Positions 49,701-62,181 of a DNA stretch of 64,000 bases are shown here, piece by piece (the first letter of the stretch is position 1; every line of letters starts with the position of its first letter). The notes beneath the pieces are model-generated. The model had not been told where the DNA came from. It saw only the letters and a program-made list of their open reading frames with translations, and did not search any database. This stretch comes from Phoronis australis (Eukaryota; Animalia; Phoronida), in the NCBI GenBank assembly GCA_002633005.1, contig NMRA01000140.1:620001-684000 (forward strand). The letters are read 5' to 3'. The position numbers were made by a program, and so were the translations under genes.

Positions 49701-52602
49701 TCATCACGAAACAAAATTTTGACAGTTAAAAAGAAAAATTCCATGTGTGAAGTATCATAATCTGCAATTAAAACCAACCAGAGCACTCGCCGACCTCGCC
49801 AGTTCGCCATTGTTCTATGGCTTTGTTTTCACCTGATTTCCATTATTAAGCGAAAGCGCCCTGATGTACCCGTTCAACCTATTAAAACTCAATGTTGTGC
49901 TCTTTCATGACATCAGCTGTCTCCACGTTGTTACCGTACGTGTGTGAATGCGAAAATTTAGGTCAACATTGTAGGTAAACACGTTCACGTTCGCGTTGAA
50001 CGCGTATACAAAGCTCATTGAGGTTGAGCTACCTTCTCCTGCTCAAAACCAGAAAAATGAATATTACCTACTAATGTTAGTCCTCATTTGAGCACAAATC
50101 ACATAGACTACGATGCCAGAAAGCTTGACCCAATATTAAGTCCTAAATATCACAAGAGCAAGTAACACATTTAAAAAAGTTTAACTTTTGAAATTGTTAA
50201 CGACGTTTCAGTGTTTGTTATGGGTGTCAACAGAACAGGAATGTTGAGCACAAGTTTAATTTCTGAGTTTGTGATTTGCTAAAGAGGCAGCATACAGCAC
50301 TACCTATTGCTAAGCAACATAATAGAAAAACATAAAATGCTTTTTACACATTTTTGTGCATCTGGGCATGCGCATAATGAGTGTGAAAGACTTGATTGCT
50401 TTCCTCAGATCACACACCATTGCAGTGCAGATTTGAAGTGTTAAGCATTCATGAATATTCAAAGGTACTGCACTGTGTTTGTGGAATGCCGCCACAAAAA
50501 CACAGAAAGAGGGAACCATATAATTAAAGCTGCAGTTTTAGCGCTGTTTATCTGGCATACAAAAGAATCCGAGATGACAATGGTTTCATTAAACTTGTCT
50601 CATAATATTCCTTACCATGCTGGAGTATTATTTCCGTTACCATCGAAACCATCAGTGAGACTGATTTGATGAGAATGAAAACCCCAATCCGATTACTTTG
50701 CTGTTTCTAAAGCTTTACTTGTATCCAGTTTGCGTCAACCGGTTGTACTTTACAATCAATTTGTTTTCTTTATTTCTGACTTAAGTGAGTTGCTGACCAC
50801 TATTTGCTTTTTTGTTTTCAGGACTGATGGGACAATGGTATCAATTACTTTGTATTGTGTCTGTGTTCATGTCAAGAGTGTTTCATTTGTATCGATCTTA
50901 TTTAGTGTTTCATTCAGTCAGACAGATGTGGCTATGTTGCTGCACAATTTCTAAGTGTTAACAAAGCTATATCTTTTATGTCAGGTTCGTTTGGTGGGCC
51001 ATGGAGTGTGAGTCTAGTTTTTATAAGGTTTTAATCTCAGTTTCCTATCGGTGTCTTGACGGTAAGTGCTCTAAATCAAAAGTTGTTGTCTGAAAAATGG
51101 CGGCGGTTTATTATTTCTTTACTAAGCGCCAGCGGAACTGTAACTAACACTTAAATGCTTGAAAGATAATCGGGCATTGTGTTTTAAATGAAGGCTACAC
51201 GACATACGTTCAATTTACCCTTTAAAAAGGGACAAGTGTAATATTTACACTCCTACTTTTTGTCAGAAACCTAGAGTAAACTTTAACGTGGAATCAATAC
51301 GCACAGAAGTTGCAAGCGAAATTTAAAAAAAAAAATTAAAACAGTGGTGGTGATTATGCAGATATTAAGATTTATTCTCCCACAAAACAACTTTCGATGT
51401 AGGTCTAAGGCCTTGCTTCAGGCCGTTGAAGCTCCCCGAAAAAATGAAGAAAAATGGAGTGGGTCAGGCGAGAAGTGACTGCCATGAACAGCATTCTACA
51501 CTTCACTGAAGTTTTTGGAATAGACGAGGTCCAGAAATTTGGCATCTGCTCTTAACTACCCCAATAAGGAAGTTCTGGCAATTTCAGAGCACATCCTTGT
51601 TCAGTGGATTTTTTGGGGACGAATACATTTACCCTTCATACATGTAGAAATTGCTGTAAATCTAGTCGATAATAACATGTTGACCTCTTGCACCGGGGCA
51701 GTCGACGGTGTATTTGTGATTTTTAGGTACAAAAAGATCAAAAACCGCGTGTCCTTTTGGTCATTTTTTTCAATTTTGTTGGTGGACTTACCAAGGCAAA
51801 AACACATGTCTTTGATGAATTTCTTCGCCTTTGAAAAACCCATGAAGTGTGCTTTATGTAAGGTATGCCTTTTCAGGTGTCTTGAGACAATGTGTAAACA
51901 GAGACTTTTATTGACCCAGATCAACGATAACTTTAAAATCATCCACTCGAACTGTGGTTCTTGTCCCTACGTCTACGAAATTCAGGGTTTATTTTCACCG
52001 CAACGTCTTAAATTATGTTTCAAGCGTCTGAAGCAACAAGGAAGACTTCTTTATCAAAAAAGGATTTAAAAGTCACAAGGGTTATTTTGTCACGGTAACT
52101 TTCCGCTAGTCTGACACTCACTCAGCTTGAGGAAAGACAACGCATTGTCATATTTCTTTCCATGTTTCAGTTTACTGGTCTTCGTTCAACTACATGAGAT
52201 CGAATAGTTGGCAAATGCACACGACACGTTGAACAGTGGAACTAAAGGCAAGGAATTGAAGGCGAAGAATATTGTGCTCTGCTAAATGTTAAAGGAGAAA
52301 TACACGTTATAAAATCTTGCGATTATTACATCGAAAACTGTCAAAGTTAATAATAGCGGTTGCAGCTTTTTTAGAACTTCGGTTCATCGCTGTTCGATTA
52401 AAAGTACTAGGTCTCAACGTAACGGGCTCGTATAAGAACGGTGTTTAGAAAGATTTGTCGATTAATTGCATACGGGAAGGTGATGAACGGCTATGCAGCC
52501 ATAATCAGACAACTGTATTTCAATAGCCCCTGAAAAACCAACAATGGCTCAATTGGTGATTTACAATACAAAACCCAGCTGAAAATCAAAGGTTTTACTG
52601 CC

Positions 52603-55600
52603 ATGGAGCTCATGAACATCAGTAGTTCTGTAAATGTATCTGGCGTTGACAACTGCAGTGTGCTAAGTGTTTGCAAGGACTCCAACTACCGCCACCTCGT
52701 GTTGGAAATGTTAGAAGGTGCTTATTTATCCATTGTGGCGATAATTGCGTTCTCGGGTAACCTCTGTCTTTGGATTGTCATCTTTCGACACAAAAAACTG
52801 AATAACAATTCGAACAAGCATATTTTATGTTTGAGTCTGGCCGACATGATGGTTTCGGTCGTGAACGTCCCATTCACCGTAGTGTCGATTATAGCTGAGG
52901 AATGGATATTTCCCGACCAACTGTGCATCGTCGTGGGGTTCATTAACATGCTAACATTTGTTGGAAGTGTCATGTCGCTAGCAGCCATAAGTATTAATCG
53001 CTTTGTGCTTATTTGCCATGGAAACAAGTACAAGAAAATCTACACAAAAGGAAAAACCTATGTTATTTTTGCGGGTAAGTGCGCGTTTTGTTTGATGGAA
53101 TTACGTTGCACGTACTTGTCACGTGTGTTGCAAAACAGAGATACAGATCGTATTAAAAACCGCACCCAATACTGAGGCTATCAAAACAATACCTGATTTC
53201 ACGGTTTGTCCACCATCTTGAGTGTCTTTAAAACTCGGTAAAGTAAGCAACCAATTCGCCTCCGTTTTCCATTAAGTGGACGGGACAGCAAGGTGTTTTG
53301 AAACCAATATTTTTTAGAAATATCTACTAATTTGTCAAAAAGTTTTAATTATGCCACTTCCCATATATCCATGAATGTCACAAACTAATTTTTCTTCCTG
53401 ATAACCCGATGTCATCGGCGTCGCAGCACTGAAAAAAATTGGGGCTATAGCCCCCCAGCCCCCTATGGTGCGCCGCCCATGGATATGCCCTGTTGTTGAG
53501 AATATGGATGTCTGTTAAAGACGGGTTCTTTTCAAGGTCGGTCCCAAGATCATTACTTATACTGTTTGGTAGCCTTCGATGCAAAAAATAAGTATTTAAA
53601 TTATGTTACAGTCGCAAGATGTTACTATCAGTCCATGCACGCACCCTGCCTAAAATATAGAGGGCTCGAATTTTTCGAAATTCGAACCTTTTACTAAGAG
53701 AAATCAACGAGGACTAAAAAAAAACGGGACCACTAGGTTCAGGCCCACGAACCGTGCATCCGTGCCGACTTCCTGTGGATTTTGTGGATTTTGTCTCGTT
53801 TACTCTGACTTTTTGTTTCACTGAGGCGGACCTTTTTGCCCAATTCTCCAAATTGGGGTGCTCGTTCGAGCCCCCGAACCCTCCGCCCCCCCGGGTGCGC
53901 CCATGACTATCATCATAGAACCGTACACCTGAAATGCCAACTTCGATCTTGCTCTGCTGAGGTTGCGCCGCACATGTGTGGGATTTGTTTACATTCATTG
54001 AATCTTGCTATGGAAAATATGGTTAGGAGTGGAATGTTTATTTAGTAGAAACAAAGTAATTTTAGAATTGCCATTACCAACAACGTCTTCCAAACACATT
54101 ATATCTATATTTTTGAAATATTTTGCGGTCTTATGGCCCCAAACATTGTAAAAAGGCAAAATTTCCTTGCGATTTCGCGATTCGGGAGGCCGACCGCGGG
54201 AGCTACCAAATCTTGCTACGAAAGCTTACAAAATCTTTAAAATATATCTGCATGATGAAGCACCACTGGAGCTCTGATACGATTTCCAAATCACGTACTT
54301 AGAACAAATGATAACAAATATAAATTTTAAGACTAGGTTAAAGCGATTAGTGTCACCTTCTTCACTGTCAAAATACGTTTCGTATTTCCGCCATTTTTCA
54401 GATAAGTTGCAAAAGAGCCGTATCATTAGAGCGCACTCTATGAGTTCTTGATGGTGTATACTTACACCAGAAACAAAAGACAAATAATCAACTTCATAAA
54501 TACATGTAATTATCATTTCGCATACTCGACAGGTTTAAAAAACATTTCAATTATGAAAGCCGAGAGTGTTACCAAAAATTCGAAACATATAGTGTGGTAA
54601 TGAAACATTTCAAGTACTAATTGGTTGATTCACTACCTAATAATTGAACTTACGTGTTAATTAGACCGTTGATGTCGTTTGATACAGTTACATTCTTCAG
54701 TATAATTCAGGACGTCGTGACATTAACAAAAATGTAATACTTCAACTACTCATGCGAAATACCTCTACTGAGTACATTCGAAATATACTGTTGATGGCTC
54801 ATTACATTGGTTGCAGTGTAGGACTTTCCACAGAAGTTTAGATGAAATAAACTCTTTTCTTCAGAAAGTAAAAATTAGTAATTCCGATACAAGTAGTGTG
54901 TGTTACCGTAAACAATTGACATTCAATACACGAGTACGTATTTCGAGCGTTCCTAAGGACCTAATCTTTTCGTTTATATTTGCAAAACAAACACTAAGAA
55001 GGCCAGACGCCACTTCGTTCCGTAAAGTAATGTAACATGATTGTGACACCCAAAAATGTTTTGTTCAAAAATTCCTGACATGTAGTTTGGTAGGTTGTCG
55101 AAAGTGGTTCTAAGACCGGAGATGAAAAGATACCAGAGGCTACACTATATCCGGTGTCCGGCCAGGACCACAGGTCTGTACATAAAAAGGATGACCTGAG
55201 TATAATTGTCGGGTTTGTTGACTAATTTTGTGAGAAATCGCTGATTGTCAGGAACTGTACCTCAAGAGACTCAGTTGATGAAAAACTACACAACGCTCGA
55301 TCAAAACTTAGTCGCGCAGACAACCGTAAATTGATTGTGCAAACTCTCGCGTGAAATCTCGGTTCGCCAGCTTTAACTATAGAATACATAGGTCGTGTTG
55401 GCATTCCATGTCCAGATTGCTATCACCAATCAAACCGGCATCGAGTGACAAGCGAAGCAGAGATCCCAGCGATACAAACGATATTCACGAATAACGTGAA
55501 AGTTTCTGTGTCCAAGTAACTCACCAGCATTCACGCACTGACGTCATTAATGTATTATCAAACGCTGCTTTCGTCATTTGCACGAACATGTACACGTCAT

Positions 55601-58213
55601 TTTAAGAAAAATATGCATTTTAATGTCATGTCTCGAAAATATGAAATCGTGTATAAAACATATTTTGATTCCAGACATGTCAAGGGAAAAACAAACTCAG
55701 ACTGACTAACAAGTCGCTCTACACTCTTTCTCAATGTCACTCCATGCAGAAACCTTGTCGAAGAGTATAAACTGTTTCCGGGTTCGCAAGGTATAAATCA
55801 ACTTTTATGTTGATAATACACTTCGTCTTATAACCGTTTAACTCGATAAATCCGATCGGACGAGATTCAACTATTTCCCATTGGAATTGTGGGACGAAAA
55901 GCAATGGTAAGGCCAAAAAGCATTGGATCTGGCCCTGGAAAATGAAGATGGTGGTGCCCTATTTTTAGTTGCTCACTTTAAAAGAAAAAGAAAATCCATG
56001 TGTGACAAGCAAAAATGACGAGTCAATTTTTATCCGTCGGTTGGGAAATCGCGGCGTTTCAAACTTTGTTCACTCCCGTTTCTGCGCCTTTGAGCAGCTT
56101 TTCAAAAACGAAACACAAAACCTTGAAATTGATGTGGTCTGACGCCATCTTAGTCGGTGAGCTCAGGTTGGGGATAGAGACCGGAGCCAACTACGCCTGT
56201 TTGGCCTATCAGATTGTTTCGCTAGAGTACCCGCTCCTGTTGGTGGGGGGGGGGGGGAGGGCGAGGCATATTCAAAGCTGAGCGTACCCGCTTTCTGTTA
56301 AAACGCTTTTGATTTTCTCCCTGATTATCTAAATCTCCTCACTCATTTTCCTAATAAGTAAGAGCAGAAGCGCTAGCAGCAGAAGCGGCAACGGCAACTG
56401 CAACGGCGGCAGCATCGGCAGCGGCAATGGTGGCGGCAGCAGCAGCAGCGGCAGCAGAAGGAGCGGCAAGAGGAGCAGCAATCTGTACCAATAGTACCAC
56501 GAGCAAAACGTTTATTTTTAAAAAAATTGTTGCAAAAAAATACAATATGCAATAACTGGAATCAAACCCAGAAAGCGCAAGAAAGCGTTATACTTCTATG
56601 TGTTATGTTGGTAAGTTTGATATATGCTAAATATGCATGTTCTCTTTCCCGCTATGCCTCGTTATTGTCTTACCTTCGTTAACACTGTGACTTTTGAAGA
56701 ACCGTAAACACTATACTACTTAGGACATTATAATTGTGACTTCGATGGTCTTCGTTCGGAATATATTCCCGATAAAGAATCTTTGGTGTTCATTTGGTAG
56801 CCTGTATGCTGAAATAATCTAAGGGTATCGTAGAAGTAAAATGCGCAATTACCGGGAATATCGCATAATAAGCCCCTAGGCTTCTATTTGTAAAATGCCC
56901 CCGAGCCTATGAGTAGTTGAGTTTGTGATACTAATAGTTTACGCAGTTTAGCCAAGTCGAAAGCGTGCCGATGTAAACTGTGTCCTGTTGTTGTTCTTAT
57001 AGCCTTGTTTTTGTCGAAAACATGATAAAAACAAAAGGTCGGCATGATAGTGCTTTTGAAAATCCTCGGCAGTGCCCAAAGAAATTCTTTTGAATATTTT
57101 TTAAGTTAAGTTCTAGTTGTAAGTTATATCAAGAGATAGACGTTCGTCTGCTACCACTATAGGCCTACTCGAAGTTCGAATGTCTACGGAGTTATATCCC
57201 GATGCCAGCGATTCAATAGTGCGGAACAAAAGCATAAGGAATGGTGAGCTTAAATAAACGGGCGGCGCAGCACTGAAAAAGGTGGCGCTATAGCCCCCCA
57301 GTGGTGCACCGCCAATAGACCAGGGGTGGCACAGCACTGAAAAAAGTGGGGGCTATATCCCCCCAGCCCCATGTGGTGCTCTGCCCCCAAAGGCAGTCAA
57401 TATAGTTTATCAAATGCATTTCGAAAAATTATTTGGACAATTCTACGTTGTATGTTCATATTTTCAGGAAAAGTTCATGACATTTGGCTATGTGTTGCAG
57501 GTATTTGGCTACTTTCGCTCCTGCTGTCGTCGCCTCCTTTATTTGGATGGTCGAAGTATGCTTTTATAAGTAATCAACACTTATGTTTCTGCAAATGGGA
57601 GCTAAGTGAATCCTACACTGTTTTTATGGTGGTTGTGTGCTTCGGTGGCCCGTGTTCTGTGATGTGCTTCAGCTATGTTTCAATTATACGAGAAGTCAAA
57701 AGAAGCAATCTAAGAGTACATGCGCACGAACGACCAGCGGAAGTGGAACAAACGACAACGCACACGAACAAGTCATCATCAACCAGTAGTGACCCTTCGA
57801 CTGGTACAAAACGTCCGTCGATGCGTTTAAAGCCAAAAAATGACAACCAGAAAAAACTTTGCACAACGTCTGTTGAACCTCAGAACGTTCTAGCTGTTTC
57901 GACGAATGAAAAGCACATTGCGACGCAGAAACGACTTCGAAAAATGAAGCGCGACAAAAAACAAAACGAAGAAGTTAAGCTGTCAGCAACGTTATTTCTG
58001 GTGATTGCTATATTCATAACTTCATGGTTGCCGTACAGTGTTGGCATGTTTCTACACGTATTCGGTAAAATGGAACTGCCGCATTCACTTTCAATGGTTA
58101 TACTGTTGCTAGGTTACACAAACAGTTGTCATAACCCGTTTATTTACGGCCTGAGCAACAAACAATTCACAAACGCTTTTCGAAAGTTACTGTGTCGGTC
58201 GCGATGCTGTTAA
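52603..58213 (+). CDS. Rhodopsin-family (class A) GPCR, melatonin-receptor-like, 2 coding exons
   Basis: Exon 1 52603-53074 (G|GTAAGT) and exon 2 57501-58213 (TGCAG|) join in phase 1. N-terminal glycosylation sites (NIS, NVS, NCS), GN (TM1), LSLAD (TM2), ISINRFVLICH (TM3), W..PPLFGW (TM4), SWLPY (TM6), NSCHNPFIYG (TM7), helix 8 and C-terminal Cys. Confidence 0.93.
53413..53481. mobile_element. 69-bp mini-MITE (family C)
   Basis: CATCGGCGTCGCAGCA...TGGTGCGCCGCCCATG; flanks GATGT/GATAT. Confidence 0.7.
53634..53905. mobile_element. MITE family A copy in the GPCR intron
   Basis: CATGCACGCACCCTG...CGGGTGCGCCCATG, colinear with the 15270 copy; TSD not clean. Confidence 0.82.
56363..56480. repeat. 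Degenerate (GCA/GCG)n trinucleotide tract
   Basis: gcagaagcgctagcagcagaagcggcaacggca... within the GPCR intron. Confidence 0.8.
57257..57390. mobile_element. Two adjacent mini-MITE family C copies
   Basis: GC(G/A)CAGCACTGAAAAA.GTGG.GCTATA.CCCCCCAG..TGGTGC occurs twice; same core as 53413. Confidence 0.7.
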
Positions 58214-60677
58214 TGTTACATGTATAGGCTACAGTATACTAACACGTTAGCCAGTTAAGCAAACAGTCGTAATTTTTAGGAGCGAGTTTGACTACTGGTG
58301 TATTATTTGTGAATCTTTTGAAAAAACCTGGAAGGCACGTGATCTGACCCCTAAACACGGCTGCCGTCTTGAATTACAATAAGGCCGCCACAAGGGTGTG
58401 AGTGCTGTGTTGCAGTCTGTGACGTATGGTGGATCATGACAGAAGAGTAATTGTCTGCAACCAGATTGGAATCGAAGGTGGCTGTCAAAAATGGACTACT
58501 TTTGCAAATGAATGAACATAATCTGCATTTGATTATCCATGCTCTGGTTTAGTATGAATACGACTGAGGCGAAAACATGAGACATATTTTGTTAACTTGC
58601 TTATGGAATTCTTTAACGTCTTTCAAAATTGAGAAATCACACAATAGACTGAAACGAGCAAACGTGCTTATCATTTATGGTTTAACTTAGGAAGCCCTTT
58701 AAAATGCCTTTGAAACATCACTCCTTGTCCATTATGGGAAGTCCGGTGAAAACGTTGGGCCATAAATGAAATGAATTAAAAATTTTTGAGGACCATGATG
58801 TACTATCACTTGGCTAAGCATGTATCGTGTATATTACCATGTTCTCGATAAATTAACTCAATAATAATGATAATGATAATGGTTAGCCAAATTCATGTCG
58901 TGTCAGCCCGGAGTGTATTTCTATAGAAGAGGTATACAAGAAGTATCACCAAAAGGGTGTTTTTCGCAGCAAAAAATAATCTCCAAAATGGTGCCATTTT
59001 GGATCTAAAGTGGTGACTTTTTTGAACAGAACTGCGCGAAAATGTAAAATTTTACACAAAATTACTCTCTAAATGGTTCACTTTTTGTCCGAATCCATGG
59101 GTAGATATCCAAATTTTTGGGCGGCACCACTCGTCCAAAAATTCAGATACCACTTGTTCGGGATTTTGATCATTTGCTTTGTGATATAACTTTGGTTTCG
59201 TAAAATGTAACAACTTGTTACATTTTAGGAGAGGCTTAGAAACATAAAATGTGACAGTTGTTGAACTTTANATTAAAAATCGGCTCATTTCCCTTCTCCA
59301 CTGAAACGACTCGTACATGAATCACATAGCACAAGTTTCAACTTAAAGTTTTCTAAGGAGTGGTCCCGAGAAGTTACCATACTTAGACATTTTCAAACTC
59401 TTGCGGTTGAATCAGAAATAGGGCATTTTAAAAAATGTTTGCCAAAGTGTTTCGCATTGACGTTTTGTGGGAAACGAAAATCGTTGCACGCGCATTCCAG
59501 AAAATCGGATGATGTATCTGACACTAATGTGACGCGATTCGGACACAGCAACGGCAATAGAATTGCACAGTCAAATCCCATTTTCAAAAATTGTGGGGAT
59601 CTTGGATTTTTTGCCGATTTAGGTAATCAAGGGGCCAATTTAACGCTTTTTTCTTTTTTACAAAATTGCGTGTTTGAAGAAATTAGTTTTCGTCAACAAC
59701 GATAGCACAAATTGCATACTCCCGGAAAGATTTGAATATTGACCAGAGGCTTAGTAGTCTAATTATTATTTTTAATTTTCACATTTTAATTTTATTTGAG
59801 TGGGACCAAAACGTCAAAATGACGCCATACTAAACAAAGGAATAGAATTCAGAAGGTGTCACTCAGGCCATCGTCTACTCGGTTAACTGGAAGTTTATTT
59901 TGGACGCCTGCTACCTTACTCGCATCCATGGTAAACAGCAGAATTGAGTTACATAAAAGTCAAAATGTGACCCAGCACGACACAATGAGTCTTAAGTAGG
60001 ATTTGTCATTTTTGTGATTGTTATTTTTTCTGGAAATACAGTATTTTCTGATCATTTTGATGTATGAAACATGTCCCTACCTTAAGAAATGGCCGAGATA
60101 TTGCCATTTCTAGTCCGGAAAAGTAAAAATTTTGAGTTTTCAAAAGCTTAAGAAAATGACCGAGAAAAAGTGATATTTGTGTCTTTAAAATTTCCATAGC
60201 AACCTGCAAATGAATGCTACATTTGAGACTGATTACTGTACAAAATTACATAAGAAATAACATCAGTCGAAAATTAGCAAAAAATATTGACTGTATTACG
60301 TAATTGCGGCCATTTTCCAAGATGGCCGCCAATCGATGAAAATACATTGAAGATGGCCACCATATACATTTATATGACAGGTATTCGTGAAAAGAAAAAG
60401 AAAAAGAAAGATTTTAAAAAAGATGAAACTAATCACACCACAGCATCATTTAGTTGAGAAATATAATTTTTCTCTTTTAATATTTGTTGCCATGGCAACT
60501 ATCAATTCAAAATGGCCGCCGTTAAACGTAATGACTATACAAATGGAATTTAAATGATTGCCAGTTACTACAATAAATCATAGGAATGTTCTTCACACCA
60601 AAACAAGGAACCAATGAAGGCCTAAAGTACAATTACACGTTGTCATGGTGACTAATTCAAAATGGCTGCCACTTAAG

Positions 60678-60740
60678 TTTAATGGCCATTCGAAAGAGGG
60701 TTTCTGAGTTTAATGACCATTCGAAAGAGGGTTTTTGGGG
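60678..60740. repeat. 31-bp tandem duplication
   Basis: GTTTAATG(G/A)CCATTCGAAAGAGGGTTT(C/T)TG twice. Confidence 0.85.
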
Positions 60741-61224
60741 GGGATTTGTAAGCGACTTTTTGACCTGCAAACGAAAAAAGCACCAAACGTATGGCATGAG
60801 AACAATATTAAACATGTATTTGCAAGCTCCTGAATATGCTTATGTACATCAACAATTAAACGACAATGTTATTTGAACATCATCCGCGCTATACAGAGTA
60901 TAGTTGTATTCATTGACAACTTGTGAAAACAAAAAAGTCTGCATATAAGTGGGTAATGAGTAATCTCAAAATTCTTGGTAGGGCCCTACTAATAGATTGA
61001 TAAGAAACTGTAGTTCAACTAATTGCAGTGCTCCCTGTTTCTTTTTCTCTTACTCTTATACATAATGGCAATAAGAGGCGCTAAAACATGTTAGTGCAAA
61101 GAAAAATGGGGACTTCATGCACAGGAAAATGATAATATTATTTAAGACATCAGCGTTAGGTTCCAAGGAAATTCAAATATTTCAAGCTACATTATGGACA
61201 AGTAGACCAAGCACAAAACTTGAG

Positions 61225-61890
61225 TAGAAAGTTCACAACTTAAAGAGCCTATATGACTATACCCTGCAATTGCTGCATACCCTGTTAGCACGGAGATAAG
61301 TATATGACATCAGCAAAAGGCTCACAACTTAAAGAGACAGAGAACACGTATTTGGACTAATTCATAAACTTTTCCCACTAATCGCTGCACAACCTGCAGG
61401 CAAGTCAGTGACTCTCTTGTCTTTCTTTCTCACAATGCCAGTACTACTTCAGATGGCGCTGCAATTGGAAGGATTAGTTTAATTAGTTGAATAGATCAGA
61501 TTAGTTGGATTGAACTAAAATCAACTAATTAAACTATTCGAACTAATAGATAGGCCATCTACGGACAGGTAGATAACGTACATGACGTCATCAACAGGCT
61601 CACAATTTTAGAGACATCAATCACGCATTTCAACTAATTCAAGTATTCCAATTAATCGCTGCGCCACCTGTGGGGACAAGCTGATAACAAACTTGACATC
61701 AGTAATAGGCGCCTATGGTGATGGCAGGATAAGTTGAGATAAGTTGGGATTAGTTGAGTACAACTAACCAACCATTCTGACATGTATGGAGACACGCATT
61801 TCAACTAATTCAACTATTCCCACCAATCGTAAAGCCTCCTGCAGGGGATAAGTTGAGATAAGTTGGGTACAACTAAACATTCTGACACAA
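61225..61890. repeat. Interleaved imperfect subterminal repeats
   Basis: TCACAACTTAAAGAG (~61233, ~61322), ACGCATTTCAACTAATTCAA.TATTCC (~61623, ~61794), GATAAGTTGAGATAAGTTGGG (~61728, ~61847). Confidence 0.7.
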
Positions 61891-62181
61891 TATGCATGCT
61901 CATAATTATAGCCATATCATGCACTGTTATTCCCCAACACCACGTCATGATACCTACCGAACACGGTTCGGTGATTTAAGGCAGATCATTTTCGACACAA
62001 AACTCATTCTTAAAAACATTTAGCAATTTTCAACTTACTTCATATTTACATTGTCGGTATATGCTGTGTGTCTAAATAATTTGATAAAGCAATAATCACA
62101 GAGGTACGGAATGAGCGTTCCACTTCAAATAAGATCCACTATCTAAACAATGGCATAACACAAGTCCCACAAATCAAACTT

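Noticed and set aside
51539-52069. 176-aa ORF and overlapping 113-aa antisense ORF
   Set aside because: Both start at non-ATG or weak starts, show no recognisable domain and have composition typical of chance ORFs.
56351-56545. Poly-alanine ORF
   Set aside because: It is the translation of an intronic GCN microsatellite.
52603-58213. Opsin
   Set aside because: TM7 (LLLGYTNSCHNP) lacks the retinal-binding lysine.
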